Origin: a virus
UHGV virus genome: UHGV-0128348
Length of the DNA: 42,240 bases
Direction: 5' to 3' (one strand)
The position numbers and the translations under genes are program-made. Shown here piece by piece: positions 1 to 9,690 of the stretch; within the stretch, counting starts at the first letter, position 1; the number at the start of each line of letters is the position of its first letter. Below the pieces are notes generated by a model. It was given only the letters and a program-made list of their open reading frames with translations, was not told the DNA's origin and did no database searches.

Positions 1-774
1 GTTAGTGACTTTTTGCATTGAGCCGGACACTGTCGGCGGCAACGAGGAAAACTCCCCCTGTAACACACCTAACTGGCTGATTAATGCTGGTACGACTTTA
101 TCAATCGTGAGTTGCCCCTGGTCAGCCATCGCTTTAAGATCTTTTCGGGCAACCCCCATACCAGCAGCCAGGGCACGGATGACACGATCCCCAGCTTCGT
201 TAACCGCGTTAAACTCTTCGCCACGCAAAACACCCTGAGCAAGCGCCTGGCTAAACTGGGTAATAACAGAACCGGCTTCTTCTGTGCTTGCACCAGATAG
301 CTTTAGTCCTGTTGATACCGCTTCGGTGATTTTGAGCACTTCATCTGAGCTGTAGCCAAATTCACGCATTGATGCTGCAGCGCGTGAAAATAAATTAGCG
401 TTATCAGTAAAAGCAGTGCCCGTACTCTGGCTGATCGCCATTAATCGGGTCTGAGATAAAGTAAAATCATTCGTAGACACTGAGGCTTGTTTAAGCCGTG
501 CATTTACTGAGTTCCATTGGTCTGCAATCTGAACCAGTTTTCCTGTTGCAAATGCTGCAGCTGCAGCTGTAGCAGCTCGACCCGCTGAAGCAAATCCATC
601 CGTTAAATCGGAAAGAGCTTTTTGGCTTTCTTTCGCAGCGGCAGCAGCCTGGCGCCCACCATTCTGCATGGTTTTATAATAGTCTTGCCCCATGCGTGAA
701 GCTCGGGCGATCTCAGTCTGGAATGATTGAGAGTTTGCTGAAACCTTTATGATAAGCTCACGTAGGGTTGCCAT
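1..774 (-). CDS. phage tail tape measure protein, N-terminal part (gene continues past window start)
   Basis: Minus-strand frame open from ATG 774..772 (GAGGA RBS) to window edge; translation MATLRELIIKVSANS...FTDNANLFSRAAASMREFGYS...EEFNAVNEAG; lies downstream of the G/T chaperone pair. Confidence 0.7.
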   Translation of the reverse strand, partial: MATLRELIIKVSANSQSFQTEIARASRMGQDYYKTMQNGGRQAAAAAKESQKALSDLTDGFASAGRAATAAAAAFATGKLVQIADQWNSVNARLKQASVSTNDFTLSQTRLMAISQSTGTAFTDNANLFSRAAASMREFGYSSDEVLKITEAVSTGLKLSGASTEEAGSVITQFSQALAQGVLRGEEFNAVNEAGDRVIRALAAGMGVARKDLKAMADQGQLTIDKVVPALISQLGVLQGEFSSLPPTVSGSMQKVTN

Positions 775-792
775 TTGTATCCTCACAGGTAT

Positions 793-819
793 AAAAAAAC
801 CGCCTAAGCGGTTTTCTTT
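793..819. terminator. bidirectional rho-independent terminator
   Basis: Hairpin AACCGCCTAAGCGGTT flanked by A-run upstream and T-run downstream. Confidence 0.55.
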
Positions 820-835
820 AATTAGCAAGAATGTA

Positions 836-1357
836 TCAACTACAAATCTCGCCCCATAGTTTAGAAAATTCAGTTCCACCATCATCAATAATGGTCATTC
901 CACTTTTACTTACATACCTTTTAAACCCAGCATATGCACCAAAGCTGTTTTTAGCATTTACTTGTCCGCATACATATCCGTCACGACCAACGATCTGATT
1001 TTTGAAGGTTGCAGATTCGGGGTCTTTTAATTCAGCCTTAACACTAGGGTTGCTTGCTGATATAACATTCATGTTGTTGTATCTTTTCTGCCTATCGTTC
1101 TCGCTAATTCTCATTAGCTCCTCATGGTTCTCATACCTCTCCCCCCACAAAGGGACCATTGAGTTAACAAAAAACAAGACAAATACAGAACCGAGAATTA
1201 TCAAAAGAGAAGCAATTTCCCCGCCAATCTTATCAATATATTTTAAAGGAATAACCAAAACAGCAAAAAGAAACACAATTGATATTGGTTGCCTTAACGC
1301 AATAATAAATGCTATAGCAAAAACTACTAAAGATAAAACGCCCAATATTTTTTTCAT
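836..1357 (-). CDS. AT-rich membrane protein of unknown function (moron between tail chaperone and tape measure genes)
   Basis: 173-aa ORF; N-terminal hydrophobic segments then a soluble C-terminal domain; low GC versus flanking tail genes; own downstream terminator. Confidence 0.55.
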   Translation of the reverse strand: MKKILGVLSLVVFAIAFIIALRQPISIVFLFAVLVIPLKYIDKIGGEIASLLIILGSVFVLFFVNSMVPLWGERYENHEELMRISENDRQKRYNNMNVISASNPSVKAELKDPESATFKNQIVGRDGYVCGQVNAKNSFGAYAGFKRYVSKSGMTIIDDGGTEFSKLWGEICS

Positions 1358-1431
1358 TTTTTATCCCAATAGGTAGAAAAGAACTAAAATCCTACCATTG
1401 GTTATGTAAAACTTCAGCTATCATTGTTTGT

Positions 1432-1737
1432 TCAAACTGATGCCGCGAGCAAAGCGGCCTCCAAGCCTGCAAAAGGATCGCCGCTGTCGCTTGCCTCGCC
1501 CTCTTCTGCGCTCCACTGAATCTGTGCGTCTTCAATGGTGACTTTACCGCCCTGTGCCCCGTACATCGCTGAAACCAGCTGAGCATTGAGAATATCGCCG
1601 CGAATATCGCCGATTGGGCTGATACGGTCGTATTCAGCCCACATCCGGAATTCGCCGACTGTCATGGTTTGTCGCAGTTCGCCCAGCGTGCGGCCCATCC
1701 GGAGCGCCAGCGCCATCAGGAACTGCATGCCAGGCAA
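1432..1737 (-). CDS. tail assembly chaperone frameshift extension (gpT-like), probably made as a G-T fusion by -1 frameshift
   Basis: ORF in the -1 frame relative to the upstream chaperone, overlapping its last codons (GCA AAG TAA); no ATG of its own (first codon TTG). Confidence 0.5.
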   Translation of the reverse strand: MPGMQFLMALALRMGRTLGELRQTMTVGEFRMWAEYDRISPIGDIRGDILNAQLVSAMYGAQGGKVTIEDAQIQWSAEEGEASDSGDPFAGLEAALLAASV

Positions 1738-1739
1738 TT

Positions 1740-2144
1740 TTACTTTGCTTTGGCATCATCCGCATCACGAATGAGATCAAGTGCCTGTTTCAACAACCGG
1801 GAATGGACAGGGCCATAAATTGCTTCAACCTGTTCGGTATCTTCGACGGTGAAAACGTACTGCAGGTCGGTATCCAGCAGAATATCAATGAAGAGTGTGA
1901 CATCTGCCCGCATCGTGCGGAACGCGCGTTCTGAAGGGGTCAGTTCTGGCACCTCTGGCGCTTCCTGCCCTTCCGGTGGTTTTGGTTGTTCCGGGCTGGC
2001 AATCCCCTGCCAGCGAATCCAGGCTTCAGCCGATGGTTCACGAATGATAACTTTGGCGTTTTCCCACTCCGGAACGGTGACTTCTTTTTTACGGAAACCC
2101 GCCATCGGGGCCAGCGCCAGCGCTTTAAGATTCTGTTTTGACAT
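1740..2144 (-). CDS. phage tail assembly chaperone (gpG-like)
   Basis: 134-aa acidic ORF between major tail and tape measure genes; canonical G position. Confidence 0.65.
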   Translation of the reverse strand: MSKQNLKALALAPMAGFRKKEVTVPEWENAKVIIREPSAEAWIRWQGIASPEQPKPPEGQEAPEVPELTPSERAFRTMRADVTLFIDILLDTDLQYVFTVEDTEQVEAIYGPVHSRLLKQALDLIRDADDAKAK

Positions 2145-2174
2145 TAAGTTTATCGCCGGTTTCCCGGCGCTCCA

Positions 2175-2879
2175 TTAACTGATGGTGACGGTGTGGTCAG
2201 CAGAGGTGATAACGGTGCCATCGGCATCTGTAACCACGCAGGAATAAACCCCGGCGTCACCTGATACTGCGCTGGACTTATTAAACGTTGCGCTGGTCTG
2301 CCCGCTGACTGTAGAAGAGCCTTTTTTCCAGACGTAGGTATAAGGCGCCGTGCCGCCCTGAACCACCACACCCATTGTCAGGGCGCTTCCGGCTGCTACC
2401 GTCTGCGATGCAGGAAGGTCTGTGGCAAAAGACAGTGCCGCAGCAGCATCAATATTTCCTGGCTTGCCTTTCAGGCGCAGGGAGAACGTTGCGGCCACTA
2501 CGCCATTGGTTTGAGAATCCCAGGTGTGCTGACGTACCTCAGCGCGCCACATGAACCCATTTCCAGACGGGAAAATAACCTTAAATCCATAAATGCCGTC
2601 GTTATCGTACGCTTTGCGAAGCGCATCCTGCGCCGGGTTGCGGTAGAAGTTACCAGAGAGGGACACTTCCGACGGGGCAGGAAGGCCGTTGATATTCTCC
2701 GTTTCTTCCGAGCATAGAGTGGTCACGTCAATATCGTTTTTGTGACCAGCGGTAAAGCTGGCCTGTTTAATGGTGCAACTCAGGTTGAGCCAGGTCGCTG
2801 TTTCAAGTTCATCCGCAGTGACCGGCACTGACGTAATCATTACTTTCGTTTTTTGGGCGCGTTCGTACAATGCTGACAT
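2175..2879 (-). CDS. major tail protein with C-terminal Ig-like domain
   Basis: ORF 2175..2891; probable start at second ATG (2879) preceded by GGAGG; C-terminal Ser/Thr/Gly-rich segment ...TAPYTYVWKKGSSTVSGQTSATF...GVYSCVVTDADGTV resembles Big_2/Ig-like. Confidence 0.65.
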   Translation of the reverse strand: MSALYERAQKTKVMITSVPVTADELETATWLNLSCTIKQASFTAGHKNDIDVTTLCSEETENINGLPAPSEVSLSGNFYRNPAQDALRKAYDNDGIYGFKVIFPSGNGFMWRAEVRQHTWDSQTNGVVAATFSLRLKGKPGNIDAAAALSFATDLPASQTVAAGSALTMGVVVQGGTAPYTYVWKKGSSTVSGQTSATFNKSSAVSGDAGVYSCVVTDADGTVITSADHTVTIS

Positions 2880-2895
2880 TGCAGCCTCCATAAAT

Positions 2896-2926
2896 GAAAA
2901 AACCGCCAGCGGCGGTCAGATTGGAT
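2896..2926 (-). terminator. rho-independent terminator/attenuator upstream of major tail gene
   Basis: Minus-strand hairpin ACCGCCGCTGGCGGT followed by TTTTTT. Confidence 0.45.
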
Positions 2927-2935
2927 TGGTTCCTG

Positions 2936-3283
2936 TCAGGCAATGACCGTTATTTCAAGCGTTGCCCGATGCAAGTGGGTTGTGGTGTCGTAGCCGGGGA
3001 TTTTGGTCACTTCGGTAGGTGAAAGCACTTCCAGCCGGGAAAGGGCCTCAAGCCGCAACGCCCTGGCCTCATCGTTAGTTTCTGCCCACACGTCTATCTG
3101 AATGTGCAGCGTCGATTCGGCCTGCCCACAGAAAACATCCCCGGCAACATCAGTCGGTATCGAGAAAATAATGTAAGGAGCGGCCACTGCGGGTAAATCG
3201 TCGCTGCCAAGCGGCACGACATACGGATAAACCCGCCCATCTGCCAGCGACGACAGCAGGGTATATATATCATCCTCTGTCAT
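2936..3283 (-). CDS. tail completion / tail terminator-like protein (DUF3168-like position)
   Basis: 115-aa ORF between HK97 gp10-like and major tail genes; call rests on gene order. Confidence 0.45.
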   Translation of the reverse strand: MTEDDIYTLLSSLADGRVYPYVVPLGSDDLPAVAAPYIIFSIPTDVAGDVFCGQAESTLHIQIDVWAETNDEARALRLEALSRLEVLSPTEVTKIPGYDTTTHLHRATLEITVIA

Positions 3284-3729
3284 TTCGCCAGCACCTCATC
3301 GATCGCCTTGTTCATTCTCTCCATCGCTACCTTTGCAGCCTCTTCCTGTCGGGTATCAAAAGCGGGGCGAACAAAAGGATGTGCCGGGGCCGTAGATGTT
3401 CCCAGCTCCACGAAGCGCCAGTAGAAAGCATTCCGCTTGTTGCTGGCCTTCATGGTGTTGTCGCTGTTCCCCGTTCGCGGATTAACGCCACGAATATGCA
3501 CCCCCGACGCGATTTCCCCACGGCGACGGCTTTTCTGGGTAACGACAACAACGTTTTTCTTCAGTTTTCCACTTTGCTCAGGAGCCCGATCAATCACTTC
3601 CTGCCGGAGGACTTCAGCCCCGGCCCGAGTAGAGTCCCGGAGGACTTTGTTGTTTTCGGCTTTGCTGAGGATTTGCAGGTCTCGGGCGATATCCTCTAAG
3701 CCGGAAAAATCCAGATTCACATCAATCAT
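3280..3729 (-). CDS. HK97 gp10 family tail component
   Basis: 149-aa ORF with ...FVRPAFD... motif and canonical position; 4-nt overlap with neighbours. Confidence 0.6.
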   Translation of the reverse strand: MIDVNLDFSGLEDIARDLQILSKAENNKVLRDSTRAGAEVLRQEVIDRAPEQSGKLKKNVVVVTQKSRRRGEIASGVHIRGVNPRTGNSDNTMKASNKRNAFYWRFVELGTSTAPAHPFVRPAFDTRQEEAAKVAMERMNKAIDEVLAK

Positions 3730-4067
3730 TTTTCGGTCCCCTGTTTGCAGAGAATTTCCAGCCGGGTACCTTTGCTATCTGGCACCGGAGGCCCGGTGAC
3801 ATTCAATGTCACTCCTTTGTAGGGACCGTTCAGGACAAGAAGCCGCGATGATGCCGAAATATCTTTGCGATATCGAACCCAGACACGAATTGTAGCATCT
3901 GCCCTTTCTGCTCCTGCTGTCAGGTTCTCTCGTCCACTGATTCCCTTTACCTCTGCCCAGATAGTGGCGCCGTCAGACCACTCTTCTGTTGGCTGACCAC
4001 TCGGTGTTCGCGTAGTAATAAAATTTCGGATGGTGATCCGATGCCGCATTGGTCCAATTTTCATCAT
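3726..4067 (-). CDS. head-tail adaptor / head closure protein (SPP1 gp16-like)
   Basis: 113-aa ORF with ...IRVWVRYR...LEILCKQ... pattern typical of head-tail joining proteins. Confidence 0.6.
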   Translation of the reverse strand: MMKIGPMRHRITIRNFITTRTPSGQPTEEWSDGATIWAEVKGISGRENLTAGAERADATIRVWVRYRKDISASSRLLVLNGPYKGVTLNVTGPPVPDSKGTRLEILCKQGTEK

Positions 4068-4076
4068 CCCCTCCGG

Positions 4077-4415
4077 CTAAACACCCATTTGAATTCGCCA
4101 GGGATTCAGCAACCAGCGTGCGGGTCCTGGGATATCAGGACTCAGATCATCCCCGCGGTTTTCATACAACCAGCCCACTATAAGAAGAACCGCGCTCTGA
4201 ATGGAGGGCGTGATGATAAGAGGACGATCGCCGGCACTTTCATTCTCAACAGCACTATCCAGAGCAGCCTGGTCAGCAAAAAAGCGTCGGTTAAGAAACT
4301 GCATAGCAGCATCCTCCGCAGCGGCAAGATACCCCTCCACCATTGTTTTATCAATTTCATCATCCAGCCTGAGATGTTCCATGGCTGTTTCAGTGTTGAT
4401 TACCGTCATAACCAT
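4077..4415 (-). CDS. gp6-like head-tail connector protein
   Basis: 112-aa ORF ...HLRLDDEIDKTMVEGYLAAAEDAAMQFLNR...; first gene after capsid module. Confidence 0.6.
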   Translation of the reverse strand: MVMTVINTETAMEHLRLDDEIDKTMVEGYLAAAEDAAMQFLNRRFFADQAALDSAVENESAGDRPLIITPSIQSAVLLIVGWLYENRGDDLSPDIPGPARWLLNPWRIQMGV

Positions 4416-4672
4416 TACCCTTTGGTTTCGGGGGCGCGGTTCATTTTGTTATCAGGGACTTCACCAACTATCGTCACCAGCCCGTTACCTTTGAGCTCGG
4501 CAGCACGTAAGCGAGAGACATGAAAAGGATCATCGGCGGGCGTCCTGAAAATATCGCCATCCATAAAACGCCGGACAGGCTGAACCTGAATAGTCCCGGC
4601 TTCAGTGGGTTCTGGCGCCACATTTTTACCGTCGGATACAGACGGTTCAGCCACATTTTTTCTGGCCATCAC
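4415..4672 (-). CDS. hypothetical small protein
   Basis: 85-aa ORF between major capsid and connector genes; no recognisable motif. Confidence 0.35.
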   Translation of the reverse strand: MMARKNVAEPSVSDGKNVAPEPTEAGTIQVQPVRRFMDGDIFRTPADDPFHVSRLRAAELKGNGLVTIVGEVPDNKMNRAPETKG

Positions 4673-4685
4673 AATCTCCTCAGAA

Positions 4686-4712
4686 AGAGAGGGCCGCTAA
4701 GCGGCCCTGAAT
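4686..4712 (-). terminator. terminator downstream of major capsid gene
   Basis: Hairpin GGGCCGCTAAGCGGCCC followed on the minus strand by a T-rich run. Confidence 0.45.
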
Positions 4713-4714
4713 TG

Positions 4715-5935
4715 TCAGCCGCCAGAAGCGGTTACATTACCGGTGACAAATGCTTCCGGACGATAAACTGCTAATGCCAGACGCTCTTCCGCACGAATGG
4801 TGACCATATTTTTAATAAAGTCATCTTCGTTCTCAGTGGAGAGCAGCACTTCGATATCCATGCGATCGAAGATTTGCGCAGCCATGTTGAAGGCTCCAGT
4901 CAGGAAGTTGTTCTGCGCCATAGCCTGAGTTTCCACAACAGGAAGACCCCAGATACGTGGAACACCACCATTGACCGGCTGCGCAATGATGTAGCGGCCT
5001 TCGTTATCTTTGGTCAACTCGATGCCGGCCCAGTCAATCGGGTTCAGTACAAAACCAGACGCCGGATATTCTGCAAGAACGGCCTGCAGAACAGCCAGGC
5101 GAAGACGGTCGATCGGCGTGGCGTTGGACAGGGTAAGCGCTGGAGCAAATTCTGTTGCCTGCGGCAGAATACCGAGGATATTCGCGCCGGTGCCATCGCC
5201 GCTCAACAATTGCTGCTCCTCTTTAAAGCGAAGACCATACTGAGCACGGCCATCGATATAACTGGCCAGACCGGGCGCATCGTCCAGGATCTGACGGGAC
5301 GCTTTAAAATAATGCGCAATGGTACGTACCGGCGCACTTTTCAGCTCAAACTTAATGTCTGATTTTGGCTTCAGGACACCTTCCGCCACAGCTGCAGCAT
5401 TATTGGTAAACCCCGTTTCCTGAACGAATTCAATACCGTTGGATGCAGTATTACCGGGGATCAGCAGGTTACGGATGGTCAGAGTGCGTTCCGGTGGTGC
5501 GATAATGCCCTGAACACGATCGGATACAACCAGACTGTTTGTTGCGCTCACGCCAGTGCCCGTAGTCGCCGGCACGTTCATAATATCTTTCTGTTCCAGC
5601 TTGACGCGGATGCTCTTACGGGCCGAACTGTCCATGCCTTTGAACTCTTCACTTTCGACCACCAGCTCACCGAGCGATTTTCGCTGTGCAGGTGCATCGT
5701 TCGGGCGGCGTGCACCTTTTTGCTCCAGCTCAGTGAGGCGTTCTTTCAGCTCGTTCATCTGATTAAGGCTTTCGTCCGTTCTTTGTTTCAGTTCCAGCGA
5801 AACGGTTTCTCCTGCCTCCATTTTTCTCTTCACGTCTTCACCGAAGTTTTTGACCTGATCAATCACCATGGTGAGCTGGGAGGAGATTTCGCCAATACTT
5901 TGTGGCTGATCGTCAGCCGATTTTTTCTGGTACAT
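4715..5935 (-). CDS. HK97-family major capsid protein
   Basis: 406-aa ORF; N-terminal coiled-coil scaffold-like delta region then capsid-like body; immediately downstream of prohead protease. Confidence 0.85.
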   Translation of the reverse strand: MYQKKSADDQPQSIGEISSQLTMVIDQVKNFGEDVKRKMEAGETVSLELKQRTDESLNQMNELKERLTELEQKGARRPNDAPAQRKSLGELVVESEEFKGMDSSARKSIRVKLEQKDIMNVPATTGTGVSATNSLVVSDRVQGIIAPPERTLTIRNLLIPGNTASNGIEFVQETGFTNNAAAVAEGVLKPKSDIKFELKSAPVRTIAHYFKASRQILDDAPGLASYIDGRAQYGLRFKEEQQLLSGDGTGANILGILPQATEFAPALTLSNATPIDRLRLAVLQAVLAEYPASGFVLNPIDWAGIELTKDNEGRYIIAQPVNGGVPRIWGLPVVETQAMAQNNFLTGAFNMAAQIFDRMDIEVLLSTENEDDFIKNMVTIRAEERLALAVYRPEAFVTGNVTASGG

Positions 5936-5944
5936 ATAAATCCC

Positions 5945-6631
5945 TTAGAGAATTTTTGGGAGAGAAAACTGGCTCAGTTGCTGGCGCATCGCCGCAATAG
6001 CCGCTTTGGTTTCGCCGTCTTCGCCCCCGGACTCACTCCGGTCAAGCAGATAGGACAGTCCGCGGGAGGCGACCGCGGCGGACTGACTTTTCGAGAAACC
6101 TGCCTCTCGCAGGAACTTCTCAAATTCAGGTAAGGAAGGAAGATCACCGTGTGACAGCTTCGACTTAATGACGTCAATACGCGCATCATCATTGGCCGGC
6201 ACGGTAACAATGGAGATTTCAACCAGGTCGAGCTTCGTTAAGGTGCGGATCCGGGTTTTCTCATCGTAATTTGACTCACGGACGTAATAGCCAATGGAAA
6301 GGCCGGTAATGGCACGGGTTTTCATGCCCCGCCAGGCGGTTTTCGCGTAGGCCGCGTCTTCAAGCCACAGGGCCCCTTCACCAAAAAGCCCATGTTTATC
6401 TTCTTTCAGGGTCGAGATGTCCCAGTTCCCGATGGGTTCGCCGGTGCGATGCTGCCAGAGAACCGGAAACGTTCTCCCCTTCGCCCGTGTTTCCTCAATA
6501 CTTTCGAGGAAAGCACCCGGCGCCACGACTTCGTTGTAACTATCCACCACATCGAAGACAGAACCGTACCCAGAAAAAAGGCCGTCATCATTGACGGCCT
6601 TAATGTCGAAGTCGAATGCCTTTACTTTCAT
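5945..6631 (-). CDS. HK97-family prohead protease
   Basis: ORF 5945..6652; likely start ATG 6631 overlapping portal stop (ATGA); lies between portal and capsid. Confidence 0.8.
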   Translation of the reverse strand: MKVKAFDFDIKAVNDDGLFSGYGSVFDVVDSYNEVVAPGAFLESIEETRAKGRTFPVLWQHRTGEPIGNWDISTLKEDKHGLFGEGALWLEDAAYAKTAWRGMKTRAITGLSIGYYVRESNYDEKTRIRTLTKLDLVEISIVTVPANDDARIDVIKSKLSHGDLPSLPEFEKFLREAGFSKSQSAAVASRGLSYLLDRSESGGEDGETKAAIAAMRQQLSQFSLPKIL

Positions 6632-7947
6632 GGCTGCGTTTTTCCGGTACATTCCGGCGTCTCCTCTGATTTAATGCCAAGCCATTCCCGCAATGCGTTT
6701 TTGGCCGATTCACTGTCGCCGGACTTGCCAAGCTGATCTATCGGCAGCAGGTTGGATTGAACGGTAAGTTGATCAGCGCCGGGTTTTGGCTGAAGGTTTT
6801 CTTTTTGCCGTGCTTCATTGCGAGTCATCAGACCATTCTGGGTCATCGTTGAGTAAAAAGCGGCACGGGCGGCGCTGTCGGCACGTAAGAGACCTTCGAT
6901 GGAAAACTCTGCGAAGTACTTATTTCTTTCTCCCGGAGCCAGGAGGCTTTTACGAATCGCCTGCTCAATACGGGTCAGCCATGGACGAAGTGAAAACGTT
7001 AAAAAGCCAATCAGCATCTGTTCGACGCCACTTCCCCACATTGTCTGCCCCTGGGCGCTGTGTCCAATCAACCCCGGCCATACTCTGAACCACCGACAAA
7101 TCTCTTCGATATTGAATGCCCTGGACTGCAGCATCTGGGCGTCTTCCGGGTTGAGGTCAACTGGCTGAAACTTCATTCCCGCTTCAAGAACCATCATTTT
7201 CCCGGTATTCATGGATCCAGAAAATTGTTCAACCATGCTTTCACGTACTTCATTGCGCTGCTCTTTTTTCAGGATCTGATCCATTGAGAGAACGCCGCTG
7301 GGCCGCATACCGTTTTTAAAAACTTTGGCGCTGGCTTCATCTGTTGCCATTGCCAGACCAAGTGTCTGTCGGGCATAACTGACAGGTGACAGGCCCATGA
7401 CACCATTGGTGCTGAACGCACGGATGTGCATGATGTCCCGTTCATCAATGTTTCGGGATGTACCTGAAGGCCAGTCACGGTAGGTATAAATTGGATCTCC
7501 GCTCTTGCTTAAATCAACCTTCATCCTTTCTGGCCTGAGCGGTACAAGCGAGGTAATACGCTTCCCGGTACGGTCGATTTCCGCGTAAGCATTCCCCCAT
7601 AAAAGAAGGCTGGCCATGATCATTTCCCAGAACTCCACAGCGGTCATGTCAGCATTCGGTTGATTATGTAGGAGCTCATAAAGCGGGTGATCATTTGCAC
7701 TCTGGCGACCATCAGCTGTTTTTTCGTAAAAACCAACAGGCAACGTCGCGATGGTTTCGGATAACAGCCTTACGCATGACCACACTGCCGATAACTGCAG
7801 GGCTTTATCAACCGTAACGGATTTGCCTGCTGCGGACTGCCCACCAGCATAAGCAACCCAGAATTCACCGTCTGTAAGTGAGATGGGTACGCCGAGCCAC
7901 CGGCGAACGGCGCTTTTTATCCGGCCTGGCTTCTTATCTTTATTCAT
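6628..7947 (-). CDS. HK97-family portal protein
   Basis: 439-aa ORF with portal-like sequence; follows terminase large subunit. Confidence 0.85.
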   Translation of the reverse strand: MNKDKKPGRIKSAVRRWLGVPISLTDGEFWVAYAGGQSAAGKSVTVDKALQLSAVWSCVRLLSETIATLPVGFYEKTADGRQSANDHPLYELLHNQPNADMTAVEFWEMIMASLLLWGNAYAEIDRTGKRITSLVPLRPERMKVDLSKSGDPIYTYRDWPSGTSRNIDERDIMHIRAFSTNGVMGLSPVSYARQTLGLAMATDEASAKVFKNGMRPSGVLSMDQILKKEQRNEVRESMVEQFSGSMNTGKMMVLEAGMKFQPVDLNPEDAQMLQSRAFNIEEICRWFRVWPGLIGHSAQGQTMWGSGVEQMLIGFLTFSLRPWLTRIEQAIRKSLLAPGERNKYFAEFSIEGLLRADSAARAAFYSTMTQNGLMTRNEARQKENLQPKPGADQLTVQSNLLPIDQLGKSGDSESAKNALREWLGIKSEETPECTGKTQP

Positions 7948-7953
7948 GGTGAC

Positions 7954-9690
7954 TCACACAATGATGGGATTACTGAAAAAGTCGTCGATATCGCCAGAAT
8001 CATCCTCATAGCCTTCGGAGGCACCGATTGCCATAGCGCCCGCTACAATGCCGTCGATACGCCCGGTACTTTTTTTCTTGGCAAAAATTCGGTTTTCTTT
8101 CTGATCAGCCTCCGTCACTGCTGAAGCCGCATTCCAGCGAAGACAAGGGTTCGTCCTGATGATAATGACGCTGTCATCAAGCAACTCTTCAAACAATTCG
8201 ATGGAGTGAGGCATCCACAGCCCGGAGTCTTTCGCTTTGTAATACCCTTGCCCATGAGGGATTAAGGGAACAGAAACAGATGCTTCCTCAAGCTCCGGCT
8301 CAAGATATTTAATGCGATACTGGTCGAAGGCGATGGCCTTGATATCAAACTTTTGAGTCAGATCTGCAATGCGCTGGGCAACAAAGCCGTATTTCACTGC
8401 TTTGCCAGGTGTGGTGTGTATGTGACCATCGCGCTCCCAGGCGTCATAAGGTACCCGGTCCGTTTTGGCCCGTTCCAGTAACGTATCTTTCGGGGTCCAG
8501 AACTCCACCAGCAACTTACGTTGTTTTGGAAAAAACAACGCCAGTGCCGTCAAATCACGCGATCCGGACAGGTCCAGACCGCCATAGCATTCCTCACCTT
8601 CCAGTTCATCTGGATCAAAGCTCTCCTCACAACCCATCCAGACATCACTGCTCATCCACGGATTAGCCGCGTCAACCCACTGACAGAAGTTAAGACGTCT
8701 GACGATGCTCTCTTTCGATGGCATCCCGCGGGCCTGAGTCACCTGCTCACGAAGATAGCTTTCTTCAAAGGTGTGACCCAGCGAAGGGTTAGCTTTCTTC
8801 CAGCAGGACTCATCCTTGAAAGGATCGTCTCCTTCATCCAGAGAACAAATGAAGGCAAAAAAGCTGTCATCTTCTATCGAACCGCCAGACACCTTTCGGC
8901 CGTATTCGTGATAGTCATAGCAGACGCTGGTTTTATCGTGCCCACTGTTGGTGATCATGAAAATCAGCGCCTGCCGACGACCTTTGGTACCGGCACGCAT
9001 CATTTCAACGACCTGATTGCTTTTATGCTCGTGAACTTCATCAATAAGAGCACAATGCGGTCGCGGGCCGGACTGCCCGTCATCTGAACTGATTGGACGA
9101 AAGAAGGAACCAGACTGAAGAAAAGCCAGGTTCCATTCCTTACCGGCACCACCTGATTTCTGAATACGTGCGGAAAGAGCTGGAGATTGATCCACCATCG
9201 CAACCGCATCACGGAAAAGGACCATTGCCTGGTCTTTCTTCGTGGCAGCGGCATAAACTTCAGCGCGTGCTTCTTTATCCGCAGTGAGACAGTAAAGTCC
9301 TATACCCGCAGACAGAGGGGATTTACCGGATCCCTTCCCGGACTCCACATAGACCATTCGGAACCGGCGAAAACCTCTGGCGTTTTTCCAGCCAAAAATC
9401 GAACCGACGATGAAGCACTGCCATGGCAGCAACACGAAAGGCTCGCCTTCGAAATCACCACCATTGAGCTTCAGAACTTTCGCAAAATAGTCAATCGAGC
9501 GTTGCGCCGCCTCAACATCCCAGTGCAGACCACGGGCATGGCATGACTTCAGGTCATTGAGATGGCGCTGGCATGAGTTACGGATGTCAGGACCAGCCAG
9601 TTCTTTGCCCGAGGTTACATCCATCGCATATTGGGTTGCAGGATCAACCGAAGAACTTGTCGAGCGTGTCCTCTTCGGGGTCTTCGCCAT
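7954..9690 (-). CDS. terminase large subunit
   Basis: 578-aa ORF; ATPase region (...VESGKGSGKS...) and C-terminal nuclease region; start could alternatively be the internal ATG at 9627. Confidence 0.85.
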   Translation of the reverse strand: MAKTPKRTRSTSSSVDPATQYAMDVTSGKELAGPDIRNSCQRHLNDLKSCHARGLHWDVEAAQRSIDYFAKVLKLNGGDFEGEPFVLLPWQCFIVGSIFGWKNARGFRRFRMVYVESGKGSGKSPLSAGIGLYCLTADKEARAEVYAAATKKDQAMVLFRDAVAMVDQSPALSARIQKSGGAGKEWNLAFLQSGSFFRPISSDDGQSGPRPHCALIDEVHEHKSNQVVEMMRAGTKGRRQALIFMITNSGHDKTSVCYDYHEYGRKVSGGSIEDDSFFAFICSLDEGDDPFKDESCWKKANPSLGHTFEESYLREQVTQARGMPSKESIVRRLNFCQWVDAANPWMSSDVWMGCEESFDPDELEGEECYGGLDLSGSRDLTALALFFPKQRKLLVEFWTPKDTLLERAKTDRVPYDAWERDGHIHTTPGKAVKYGFVAQRIADLTQKFDIKAIAFDQYRIKYLEPELEEASVSVPLIPHGQGYYKAKDSGLWMPHSIELFEELLDDSVIIIRTNPCLRWNAASAVTEADQKENRIFAKKKSTGRIDGIVAGAMAIGASEGYEDDSGDIDDFFSNPIIV

